Below, in pieces: positions 25,212 to 37,542 of a stretch of DNA of 64,000 bases (within the stretch, counting starts at the first letter, position 1; every line of letters starts with the position of its first letter). Source of the stretch: the human T2T-CHM13v2.0 reference genome, Homo sapiens; NCBI RefSeq assembly GCF_009914755.1, contig NC_060927.1. One strand, written 5' to 3'. The position numbers and the translations under genes were made by a program. The notes beneath the pieces were generated by a model, which saw only the letters and a list, made by a program, of their open reading frames with translations, was not told where the DNA came from and made no database searches.

Positions 25212-26382
25212 CTATAAAAGTTTTTAAATACATATATACATTTTCAAATCCAAAATATAAAAACACCTACCAATTAATAGAAGTATAGGCGAAAGACTCA
25301 GAAAGACAATTTACAGAAAAGGATATCGAAATCATCAAACAATATATGAAAATGTACTGTATACATCAGGAAAATACAAATTAAGACTATTATAAGATAC
25401 CTGCATATACTCGAGATTATAGATAAAATGAGAAAGACATAAGATACCAAGTGTTGGTAAGGTTTTGAATCAACAGCACTTCCATAAGCTCTAGTTTGAG
25501 AATAACTTGGTAAACTACTTAGCAAAACTCTTTGACATTATTAAGTAAAGCTAAGCATATATGCATACCTCTGTTATTATCAATAGCACAGGTATGTATC
25601 AACAGGAACACAGCCATAGGGCCCCAAAAAACATGTACTAGAATATTCATAGCAGCACTGTTTGTGCCCAAGACTGCAAGCAGCCTAAATCCCCATAACA
25701 TTTTTTTACTTGGAAAAATATTTATTTAGTATTTATTGTTTGTTTAATTATTTATAAGAACATTTAATATGTGATCTACCCTCTTAGTGAATTTTTAAAT
25801 TTGCATTATTTTTGACTGTAGGTACAATGTTGTACAGCAGATCTGTAGAGCTTATTCAACTTGTTTGACTGAAACTTTATGCCAGCTGATCAGTAACTCC
25901 CCATTTCCTCCTCCCCACAGCCCTTGCAACCATCTTTTCACTCTGATTCTATGAATTTGACTATTTTAGACACCTTATATAAGTGGAAACATACAGTATT
26001 TGTTCTTCCATGAGTGGCTTATTTCACTTAGCCCATCAACATGTTAATGGGTAAATGATTTGTGGTATATTCAAACAATAGAGTACTATACAGGAAGACA
26101 GAAGCAATGTGAATGAGGCTCAAAAACATAATGTTGAACAATTGAAACCAGATACATAGGAGTATATGCTATATGATTTTATTTATTTAAAGGCCAAAAC
26201 TAGGCAAAATTAATTTATGCTGTTATGTCAAATTAGTGGATACGTCAGGAATTAAAGAGAGTAAACAAAAGGTTTCTGGGATGCGGGCAATGTTATATTT
26301 CATGATCTGAGTGCTGGTTATATGGCTGTGTTTAGTTTGAAAATTAAAGAAATTATATACTTATGTGCACCTCCAGCATGTA

Positions 26383-26431
26383 TTAGGTTGGTGCAAAAGT
26401 TATTGCGGTTTTGTCATTACTTTTGCACCAA
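26383..26431. mobile_element. MADE1 (Hsmar1 MITE), internally deleted
   Basis: TTAGGTTGGTGCAAAAGT..TTGCGGTTTT..ATTACTTTTGCACCAA. Confidence 0.85.
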
Positions 26432-26490
26432 TAATATATTACAGTCTAATCAAAACAAAAAAATGTGTAAACTATGTTTTCTCTCTACAG

Positions 26491-26662
26491 CTACAGATTA
26501 GCACCTAAGTATCATTTCCCAATTCAATTTGAAGATGTATATAATGCCTTAAGGTGGTTCTTACGTAAAAAAGTTCTTGCAAAATATGGTGTGAACCCTG
26601 AGAGAATCGGTATTTCTGGAGATAGTGCAGGAGGGAATTTAGCTGCAGCAGTGACTCAACAG
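26491..26662 (+). CDS. AADAC: AADAC exon 4 (YRLAP; catalytic Ser189 in GDSAG)
   Basis: CTACAG acceptor; [10 protein letters not shown]...[17 protein letters not shown]; GTATGT donor; 172 nt. Confidence 0.98.
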
Positions 26663-26913
26663 GTATGTTCATAATTTCTATGCTTTTTAAAAATAGCGTT
26701 TCTACGCTGTTTTAAAAACATATTTATAAACATATTGAATGCATGTATTAAAATATGAATGCAAATAGGAGCTATTAATTTTTTGAAACAAAGAGAATAT
26801 TGAGAAGAAATGACTAAAACATTATAATATCAATCCCTGCTTCTGTCATAGATTTTTTTTTCTTTCTTAAGGGAATGTTAATTCTTTGGATAAATCATTC
26901 ATTTAAAATTATA

Positions 26914-27240
26914 GCCTGCATGTGGTAGCTCAGCACTGCAATCCCAGCGCTCTGGGAGGCCAAGGCAAAGGGATCACTTGAGACCAGGAGTTTGATAGCA
27001 GCTTGGGAAAAACAGTGAGACCCTGTCTCTACAAAAAAAAAAAAAGAAAAAAGAAAAATTAGCCTGGCATAATAGTGTAAGTTTGTAGTCCTAGCTACCT
27101 AGGAGGCTGAGGAGGCTGAGGCAGAAGGATCTCTTAAGCCCAGGAGTTCAAGGTTACAGTAAGGTGTAATCGTGCCACTGTACTCCAGCCTGGGTGACAG
27201 AATAAGGCCCTGTCTCTTAAAAGCATAAAAAATAAAATAA
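26914..27240 (+). mobile_element. Alu (J-like)
   Basis: Diverged dimeric Alu with expanded A linker. Confidence 0.9.
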
Positions 27241-28749
27241 TATGTGTCAGTAAAATATTATATTAAGTAGGTGAATGAGATCATGTAATTGTGAGACTAA
27301 TGACCCTATTACGCTATTAGAGATTCAGACGAATTCGTATAATCTTCGATGGTGTATTCCTTTATTACCATAATAATCATCCTATTTTAAGAAAATTATC
27401 AACACATTCAAAGATTCCCATGCTACTTACAAAGAAGAAATATGAAGAATTCAAAAGATTTTTGTATGTAGATGTAAAATCAGATCTTTTTATCTGTCAT
27501 TTAATAATGGCAATATAATAATAATAATAATAACAAATGGCATTTTTGTCCCAGATTATATGTAGAATAGATTTTGTTTTTATGATGAAGGAGAAACACT
27601 GCTATTGATTGTTTAAACATCTAAACTCTTTTCTCATGTAGTAGTCGCAAAGGAACTATTTTCCCATGGAGGAGCAGTCAGGAGAAGAAGCTACCTAAGA
27701 TCTTCTCTCTAATGTTAATTCTTTGGATAAATCATTCATTTAAAATTATAGGCTGCATCTGGTAGCTCAGAACTGCAATCCCAGCAGTCTGGGATTATGT
27801 AGAAGTTAAGTAGAACATATGTAGAAGGTTAGATTTTATTAGTTGACTTTAGTTACAAACGAGGGTTCTAAAGCAATTTTAAAACATTGCTGTTATTTGT
27901 TTTGTTAATTATATTTATTTATAATTTTTCACACTAAAAGCATTTTGACTGCTAGAATCTGTTGGACAATATTCTCAAAAGTAAAGAATCATAGTTGCAC
28001 TTTGTTTCAACCACAATATAGAACAAGTATTTGAAACTTCACAGATAGATTTCTAATCATTATTATGGATTTCATAATGTAGCAGCAAAAGCATTAGACT
28101 GGACATCAGGAAACTTGGAGATGCAGTAATTTCTAGATTTGATATTGGCTTAATCTCCCTAAATAAACATTCATTTCCTCACCTGTAAGAAAAATGAACT
28201 CTTTCAACTTTAAAGAGTTGTTTGAGAGTCATATGAATAAATTTATATAAAAATACCTGGCAACTTGTAACAATCTTTACAAATAGGCTCCACAATGGTC
28301 TATTTTGATAATTATAGTTAAAATGTGGATAAATACCACAATTTGCAAAATATTTGGGGTTACATCTAATAATATCTGTACTTTTATTTAGAAGTTCTAT
28401 ACATCTTTTATAGTATATTACACACTTCGAAAACACAAAATTATTTTTTAACCTATATGTTTTCACAATTTAAAACATATTTTGTAATATTTCATTCTTA
28501 TAAGTCTCCTTTTTTCCTCCCTGGTATTGGTATATCCCTCTTTACAGACCACTGATTATTACAAATATTAGCACAACAGACTTGATATAAAAGATGATGT
28601 TAATAGACCATTTCACACAGAAGTCTTGCCCAAATCTCCTAAAGTAACATGTCGCTTTAGCATCAAAGCCATGTCAGAAACCTCTATTAAGTGATCCTTC
28701 TTCTTCATGGCAAAGCTTATTGATATACTGGTATATTTTAATAATATAT

Positions 28750-29034
28750 TTTTTTGAGACAGTGTGTCACTCTGTCTCCCAGGCTGGAGTGCAGTGGTGT
28801 TTTCTCAGCTCACTGCAACCTCCACCTCATGGGTTCAAGCAATTCTTGTGTCTCAGACTCCTGAGTAGCTTCAATGACAGGTGTGCGTTACCATACCTGG
28901 CTAATTTTTGTATTTTTAGTCAAGACGGGTTTTTGCCATGTTAGCCAGCTGGTCTCGAACTCCTGACCTCAAGCAATCCATACTTCAGCCTTGCAAAGTT
29001 CTGGGATTACAGGAATGAGCCACCATACCAGGCC
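28750..29034 (-). mobile_element. Alu (J/S-like)
   Basis: Alu in reverse; flanking repeat TATTTTAATAA. Confidence 0.9.
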
Positions 29035-29395
29035 TATTTTAATAAACTCTTACATGAACAGAAGATAATATTTATGCAATTCTTCTGGTTATCATTCCTA
29101 GCAGAAAGGAGATTAACTTTCTAATGATCACTTAGATCTTTTTGCATTATCCATAAAGCATATATGACAGATGATTTTCCTTAAGTTGAAAATATTGATG
29201 AACATCTAGTTCTAGAAACCCATTTTGAATGTTAGAAAGTTTGCTGTGGTGGTATGTTTCATTTATTACTTGTCTTTTTGAGATCATGAATAGATAGATA
29301 GATAAAAACAAGATAGATAGACAGATAGATAATCTTATTAGGGATATTTTTTTGGTTAAATGAAAATGATTTGTGCAAATCATCTTGCTTCTCAG

Positions 29396-29992
29396 CTCCT
29401 TGATGACCCAGATGTCAAGATCAAACTCAAGATCCAGTCTTTAATTTATCCTGCCCTTCAGCCTCTTGATGTAGATTTACCGTCATATCAAGAAAATTCA
29501 AATTTTCTATTTCTATCCAAATCACTCATGGTCAGATTCTGGAGTGAATATTTTACCACTGATAGATCACTTGAAAAAGCCATGCTTTCCAGACAACATG
29601 TACCTGTGGAATCAAGTCATCTCTTCAAATTTATTAATTGGAGTTCCCTGCTCCCTGAGAGGTTTATAAAAGGACATGTTTATAACAATCCAAATTATGG
29701 CAGTTCTGAGCTGGCTAAAAAATATCCAGGGTTCCTAGATGTGAGGGCAGCCCCTTTGTTGGCTGATGACAACAAATTACGTGGCTTACCCCTGACCTAT
29801 GTCATCACCTGTCAATATGATCTCTTAAGAGATGATGGACTCATGTATGTCACCCGACTTCGCAACACTGGGGTTCAGGTGACTCATAACCATGTTGAGG
29901 ATGGATTCCATGGAGCATTTTCATTTCTGGGACTTAAAATTAGTCACAGACTTATAAATCAGTATATTGAGTGGCTAAAGGAAAATCTATAG
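29396..29992 (+). CDS. AADAC: AADAC exon 5 coding part (catalytic Asp343 and His373; stop TAG)
   Basis: CTCAG acceptor; [11 protein letters not shown]...[10 protein letters not shown]...EDGFHGAF...WLKENL*; exons sum to 1200 nt = 399 aa plus stop. Confidence 0.98.
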   Translation, partial: LLDDPDVKIKLKIQSLIYPALQPLDVDLPSYQENSNFLFLSKSLMVRFWSEYFTTDRSLEKAMLSRQHVPVESSHLFKFINWSSLLPERFIKGHVYNNPNYGSSELAKKYPGFLDVRAAPLLADDNKLRGLPLTYVITCQYDLLRDDGLMYVTRLRNTGVQVTHNHVEDGFHGAFSFLGLKISHRLINQYIEWLKENL

Positions 29993-30285
29993 TAAAACAT
30001 GTAGCTATAACATATTTTAAAAATAAAATCTGAAAACCTCAGAAAATTTGCATTAGAAATTGGTCTTTCTTAGAATGGTCTAGTTAAGTTCCACATGTAG
30101 CATAATTCTTAAATAGGCACTTTTCTGTTTTTTTTTTCTTACTGTGGGATTTCATTTCAATTTTCTACATTGTCTATCTGCTTTTTCTGAGATTTTCCTT
30201 CTTACACTGTTAATCTTATTTTAAAAAATATTACATTCTTGTATACTTTATTTTTGTGAGTTGGCTACTATTTACGATGCAAGAG

Positions 30286-30291
30286 AATAAA
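30286..30291 (+). terminator. AADAC: Candidate AADAC polyadenylation signal (a proximal AATAAA also at 30022-30027)
   Basis: AATAAA ~300 nt after the stop codon. Confidence 0.6.
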
Positions 30292-30885
30292 TGTGAGCAA
30301 ATACTGCCTGTCTGAGTAATGTCAAGATTTTATTCAATGTTCATTTATAACGTGAAACATCCCTAATCACAGATATGAATTAAGTGCCAATTCTTTTCAA
30401 AAGCAGTTGCCTCAGTGAAATGTCAATTTATTACCACTGTAAATTTCTTTATGAAACACTTTTAGAATTCAGATACCAAGTGTTAAACTAACCAATGCTA
30501 AAAAAAAAAAAAATCACTGTGGTACTTTGGGGAATTAGCTGCTTTTTATTTGAGGAAAGGTAGAGAAACTGAAGTTTAGTAAAGACAGAAGAAATATTTG
30601 GGATGAACACTGACCTAACAGCCAAAGACTACAGATGTGGAAGTCACTGACCAATGATAGAAAAATCAGAGAAAATTTTAATCTCTGAAAAGCCCATCCC
30701 AATATTGCAGGGAGAAAAATAAATAAAATGGAATATCTTTAAGGCTGAGCAGAATTACTTGTATTAACTATGAACTATGTAGTGTATTCTAATTATAAAG
30801 AAGCCCAACTACAGGCAGTCTTCAGATGGCGCAGAAGCTCCACACCGTTATCAGGGACTAAAGCTTTTTCTATCTTTGTACTCAC

Positions 30886-31250
30886 TGATATGGTTTGACT
30901 GTGTCCCCACCCCAATCTCATCTTGAATTGTAACTCCCACAATTCCCATGTGTCATGGGAGGAACCCAGTGGGAGGTAATTGAATTATGGGGGTGACTCT
31001 TTCCCATGCTGTTCTCATGATAGTGAATAAGTCTCACAAGAGCTAACGGTTTTAAAAATGAGAGTTTCCCTGCACAAGCTCTCTGTCTCTTTGCCTGCTG
31101 CTATCTATGCAAGACATAACCTGCTCCTCCTTGCCTTCCACCATGATTGTGAGGCCTCCCTAGCTATGTGGAACTGTAAGTCCATTAAACCCCTTTTGCT
31201 TCCCAGTCTCAGGTATGTCTTTATCAGCAGCATGAAAACAGACTAATATA
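30886..31250 (+). mobile_element. THE1-family MaLR solo LTR
   Basis: TGATATGGTTTGACTGTGTCCCCACC...GACTAATATA; TSD CTCAC at 30881-30885 and 31251-31255. Confidence 0.92.
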
Positions 31251-31523
31251 CTCACCATCCTCAGTGTCTGTTTGTGTGTGCATACTTATAATTGTATTTT
31301 TGAGTACCGTCTAAATATTATATCTAGGCAGAGAAGGGATATGGCAGAAGAGCTGTATTTGAGGTAATTTTATTTTATCAGGAAAACAGTAGTAATCTCA
31401 GAAGATCCAACAAAGAGACTTCTTATATTTCATTTTCTAGGACGGTGTCACAAGGAATTTTGCAAAATAGAATTTTAGTAGTTGGGCAAATTGCACATTC
31501 TTATTTTAAGAAATAAGGCAATA

Positions 31524-33205
31524 CCCTAGCCAGAGCAATCAGACAAGAGGAAGAAATAAAGGGCATCCAAATCAGTAAAGAGGAAGTCAAACTGTCACAG
31601 TTTGCCAGTGATATGATTATATGATTATATACCTAGAAAATCCTAAAGACTCATCAGATCATAGATCTGATAAATGAATTCAGTAAAGTTTCAGAATACA
31701 AAATAAAAGTACACAAATCAGTAGCTCTGCTATACACCAACAGTGACCAAGCTGAGAATCAAATCAAGAACTCAACCCCTTTTACAACAGTTGCAAAAAA
31801 ATAAAATTAAATGAGATACTTAGGAATATACCTAACCAAGTAGGTGAAAGATCTCTACAAGGAAAACTACAAAACACTACTGAAAGAAATCATAGATGAC
31901 ACAAACAAATGGAAATACATCCCATTCTCATGGATAGGTAGAATCAGTATTGTGAAAATGACCATACTGCCAAAAGCAATCTATAAATTCAATGCAATTC
32001 CCATCAAAATACCATCATTATTCTTCACAGAACTAGAAAAAAAATTCTAAAATTCATGTGGAGCTGAAAAAGAGCCCACATAGCCAAAGCAAGACTAAGC
32101 AGAACACAAACAAACAAACAAACAAACAAAAAACAAATCTGGAGGCATCACATAACCTGACTTCAAACTATACTACAAGGCTATAGTTACCAAAACAGCA
32201 TGGTACGGGTATAAAAACAGGCATGTAGACCAATGGAACAGAATAGAGAACCAAGAAATGAAGCCAAATACTTACAGCCAACAAAGCAAACAAAAACATA
32301 AAGTGGGGAAAAGACAACCTATTCAACAAATGATGCTGGGATAACTGGCAAGCCACATGGAGAAGAATGAAACTGGATCCTTATCTCTCATCTTACACAA
32401 AAATCAACTCAAGATGAATCAAAGACTTAAATCTAAGACCTGAAAACATAAAAATTCTAGAAGATAACGTTGGAAAAAACATCTTCTACCTATTGGCTTA
32501 GGCAAAGTGTTCATGATGAAGAACCCAAAAGCCAATGCAACAAAAACAAAAATAAATAGGTGGGACTTAATTAAGCTAACACACTTCTACATAGCACAGC
32601 AAATGAAATAATCAGCAGAGTTAACAGACAACCCACAGAGTGGGAGAAAATCCTTGCAAATTATGCATCCAGCAAAGGACTAATATCCAGAATCCACAAG
32701 GAACTCAAACAAATCAGCAAGAAAAAAATAATCCAATCAAAAAATGGGCTAAGGACATGAATAGACAATTCTCAATAGAAGATATACAAATGTCCAAGAA
32801 ACATGAAAAAATGCTCAGCATCACTAATTATCAGAGAATGCGAATCAAACCACAATGCAATACCACCTTACTCCTGCAAGAAGGCCATAATTTAAAAATC
32901 AAAAAATAATAGATGTTGGCATGGATGTGGACAAAAGTGTAAAAGAAAACACTTTTACACTGCTGGTGGAAATGTAAAGTAATACAACCACTATGGAAAA
33001 CAGTACGGAACTTTCTTAAAGAACTAAAAGTAGAACTACCATTTGATCCAGTAATCCTGCTACTGGGTATCTTCCCAAAGGGAAAAGAAGTCATTATATG
33101 AAAAAGACACTTGCACACGCATGTTTATAGCAGCACAATTTGCAATTGCAAAAATATGGAATCAGCCTAAATGCCCATTAACCAACAAGTGGACAAAGAA
33201 AATGT

Positions 33206-33253
<48 letters not shown>

Positions 33254-33620
33254 ATGGAATACTACCCAGCCATAAAAAGAAATGAAATAATGGAATTTTC
33301 AGAAACCTGGATGGGTTTGGGGACCATCACTGTAAGTGAAATAACTCAGGAGTGGAAAACAAAATATCATATGTTCTCACTTATAAGTCAGAGCTGAGTC
33401 ATGAGGACACAAAGGCATAAGAATGATATAATGAACACAGGGGACTTGGGGGGAAAGTTGAGAGGGCGGTGAGGGATAAAATACTACACACTGGGACAAT
33501 GTACACTGCTCAGGTGATGAGTGCAACAAAATCTCAGAAATTACCACTAAAGAACTTATCCATCTAACCAAATACCACCTGTTGCCCCAAAACTTTTAAA
33601 ATAATGAAAAATATAAAAAA
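31524..33620 (+). mobile_element. 5'-truncated L1 (L1PB-like), with (CA)n at ~33208-33252
   Basis: ORF2 fragment [33 protein letters not shown]; L1PB-type 3' UTR and A-rich tail. Confidence 0.9.
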
Positions 33621-34633
33621 GAAGTCCAGGGGATAAAAGTTGGAAAAAGATAAAAGCACTTAATCTGTAAAACAGGCAGAAAATAAAGAAAGAAAAGAAA
33701 AGAAAAGGAAAGGAAATAAACCAATAATATAGGCAACTAGTAGAATATGCCACACATATCTACAGCAGGAATTTGTTAAAAAGCAATTGTGGAATGATGA
33801 TTTTCTGAGTAAATAAGGAGAGTTGTAGGTTAATATTAAAGGTAATGAATAGAAACATAAGTTGGATTATGGTCCCAAATTGACCGTTTCTGTACCATGT
33901 ACAAATAAAAAATGTGTTGGCTGCTTTGAAATAATCTCTAGAACTCATCCATGCCTGGCGTGTGCTATTGTTTTATCTGATCCTTCTTCAAGGGTAGAAA
34001 GCAGTGGCACTAACATGGATACTAACAAGCAAACACCTTCTTGGCCAGAAAGTGGGGTTTTTAACTGTTATCTGTGATATTTGTACATTAAGCAAATATT
34101 TTCTTTGACACTTTGATATTCTGCTTTTTGTCCTAAAGGCAAAAAGCAGACAGGAGAAGCAGGTCAGAGTGTCAGCCTACTGAGATCTATGAAATTAACA
34201 TTCTGAAAGTTGGAACTTTATCTTCATAAAGGTGATAATGTTTTTAGATTAGTTTAATTTTTAGTAAAATTGAGTGGCAGTGATACAATTTCAAAACAGG
34301 GGGATTACTTTGGGAGAAAATCCAAAAATTCCAATGATCTGGCAATTCTATTTCAGGTGTTTTTCTCAAAACAAATTGAAACATAGGTCTACAAGACAGA
34401 CTGGTACACGTAAGTGTATTCTGGCTTTATTAGTATCAGCAAAAAATTGGGGGGGGGGGTGGAATTCTCTAACATTTTCTATTTTCCTCCTCTTCAACTT
34501 CTAACAACTGAAATTTAGTACTTACTTGAGGACGCTGCTTTCTCTATATTCCTTACATCACAAGGGCTAGGAGTGAGGTACGGATTTGCCTTACTGCTCC
34601 TTGAAGAACATTCCTTCTACCGCCAGTTTTGTT

Positions 34634-34920
34634 CAGGGGTTAGCAACCCACAGCCTACTGGCCAAATTCAACCTCTTGCCTGTTTTTGAACAACTCTAAG
34701 CTAAAAATGGTTTATACATTATAAAGCACTGTGGAAAAAATAAGAAAAATAAGAAGCAGTGATGGTAGCAGTGGAGGAGGAGGAACAGGAGGAGCAACAG
34801 CAGGAGCAAGAAGAGCAGGAGGAGGGAGGAACAGGAGCAGGAAACAAAGACTACATGTAACTGGCAAAGCCTAAAATATTTATTATCTGACCCTTTACAG
34901 AAAAAGCTTGCAATAGACCT
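34634..34920. mobile_element. MER58-like hAT/Charlie MITE
   Basis: CAGGGGTTAGCAA...GCAAAGCCTAAAATATTTATTATCTGACCCTTTACAGAAAAAG. Confidence 0.7.
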
Positions 34921-36994
34921 TACCACCACTATCAGTCCTTTTTGTAGTCAGCTCCTGAGCCCTGTGTTACTCTCCCTCATATCTTAAAAGATTTTGAGCT
35001 CACTGACAATATCTCACAATTACATTGGTAATCTCAGTATTTATCTAGATGACCCGTCGAGCTACCTAGAATCCCAGCTGTTTGGAATTCTCTCCCCTAA
35101 TAATCTTGTTCTTTTAGTGGATAAAAAACTCTCATGGTCAATCCTAGAATGTGTTATGATCAATTACTGTGCCTACTCTATAATATCAATACCAAACATT
35201 CCAGTTCACTCCAGTTGGGTCTCTAATTTTAATAACATTTAAGAAATAATAGAAGTTAAAATTCATTGACTATATCCAACACTTCACTCTTCCTCATTGC
35301 CCTAATGTAATTTTTTCTCTTCCTTACCCAGAATATGTTCTGTGGTCAGTTAGAGCAATGCCTCCCTTGCATAAGCCATCAACCATCAACCCCCGTGGAT
35401 CTCTACTAATGTACTTGTTTATCAAAACTCCAACCTTGAAGACATTCACCTACTGCCTACTCTTCACATGTACCTATGCAGTTACACATGGTTGGAGAAA
35501 ACCAAAAAAGTGCTGAAATTTCCCACTTAAATGAAGTCTGTAAACCTCGATTATGCCTTTAATAATGCCTAGCAATCATACTATAATTTTCCAGTCCCTT
35601 GAGACTTCTGTTCCTAACTCTCATCAGGTCTCCAATACCTCCTCTGCCATCTTTTATCACAGCTGATAACTGTGCTTCCTATTTCACCGAGGACACAGAA
35701 ACAATTGAAGAAAATTTCCACAAGTTCTCACCCTATATCGACCTCTATCGTCTATTTCACCTTTTATTACTATAGATGAACTAAGCGTTTGTGCTTCTGT
35801 GTAAGGATTGTTCCTCTCAATATGTGCACACGTAAATGACTCTTGATTTTGATGTTTCTTCAAATTTGTTGTGTATTAAGAATCATCTCAAAGGGTTCTT
35901 TTAACAAATGAATTTTGAGATACCACTACCCAGAATTTTCCTTCATCAAGAAGCCCTTAGATGATTCCAAACAAAGAACATTTGAAATAAAACCAATCTG
36001 GTGACAGAGAAAGATAAATATATTAACCACTTCAATTGATAGAAATAAGAATTTTGTTCTTCAGACTGGAAAGAAGGAAGGAAGCATACTGCCAAGAAAA
36101 CCTTGACACTTGCCCTGAATTTGGAGGAACAAACAGGAGTCCCCAGTGAAGAGGATAGCTATGGGAAAGCATTTGCAACAGGAGAAACAATGCTTTGGAG
36201 ATCCTGGAGGCAGTAAACCACATAGTTCATTTCATCCTTTGACATCTTTCCTAGAGAGTAGAAGGCAGGGAAGCTGGCTGGAGAAGTGAAGTTCTGAGGA
36301 GCCTGGGCTGCTGAGCCAAATACACTGAAGGTTGCTCTGATTGATGCAGTACGTGATATGATCTTTAGGAGAACAGTGTGGTAGGTGGACTGCAGAGACA
36401 CTAAATGGAAACAGAATGAGGCCCTGGCTATACCTGCAGTGATTGTGTGGCCTGAGAAGCTGCAAAAAAACTAGGGGAGTGTCTCTGAGGAATTTGCAGG
36501 GACATAAGAATTTCAAGAGGAAGGGGGTAATTGGTTCTGTCAATGCTAAAAATAAGATGTGAAAAAGTGTCAGATAGTCTCCTAAAAACCTGTGGCTCAT
36601 GCAGTTACTTTCTGTAACTTCCTTTTTCCTTCCCCAACCTTAAAATATAAGGGTGAAGTCAAGTCATTCCTTTATGACATAGGGCAGTGGTCTCATATTA
36701 CTATCACACGAGAGTTTTAAAACATCATTTGCTGAAGCCACACCTTGAGCTATTATTATGTCTCAATCTCTGAAGGTATGGCCTAAGCATCAGTATTTTT
36801 TTGAAGCTCTTCACAAGATTTCAATGTACAGGAAGATCAAGAAACACTGACTTAGAGAGTGAGGAACATTTCTTTTCATGTACAGAGTTCCAACACCATT
36901 TAAGTGTTTCAATTTCCCAGTAGTAATATTTATCACCCACCAATAATATTCATCAGACTTTACTTTAGGAAATATATATCTTAGAAAATCCTAC

Positions 36995-37029
<35 letters not shown>

Positions 37030-37042
37030 CAGATAGATACAG
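36995..37042. repeat. (GATA)n microsatellite
   Basis: AGAT tetranucleotide run. Confidence 0.9.
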
Positions 37043-37143
37043 ATATACACATACATATATGTATATATGTATATATCATAGAACTAAATGAATATATAAA
37101 TACGTGTGTGCACACATTTAGTTTTCACAATTTCATTAGGTAA

Positions 37144-37542
<399 letters not shown>

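Noticed and set aside
29360-29395. ORF-track N-terminus [12 protein letters not shown] before exon 5 (similarly MFSLYS before exon 4)
   Set aside because: Intronic sequence upstream of the splice acceptor
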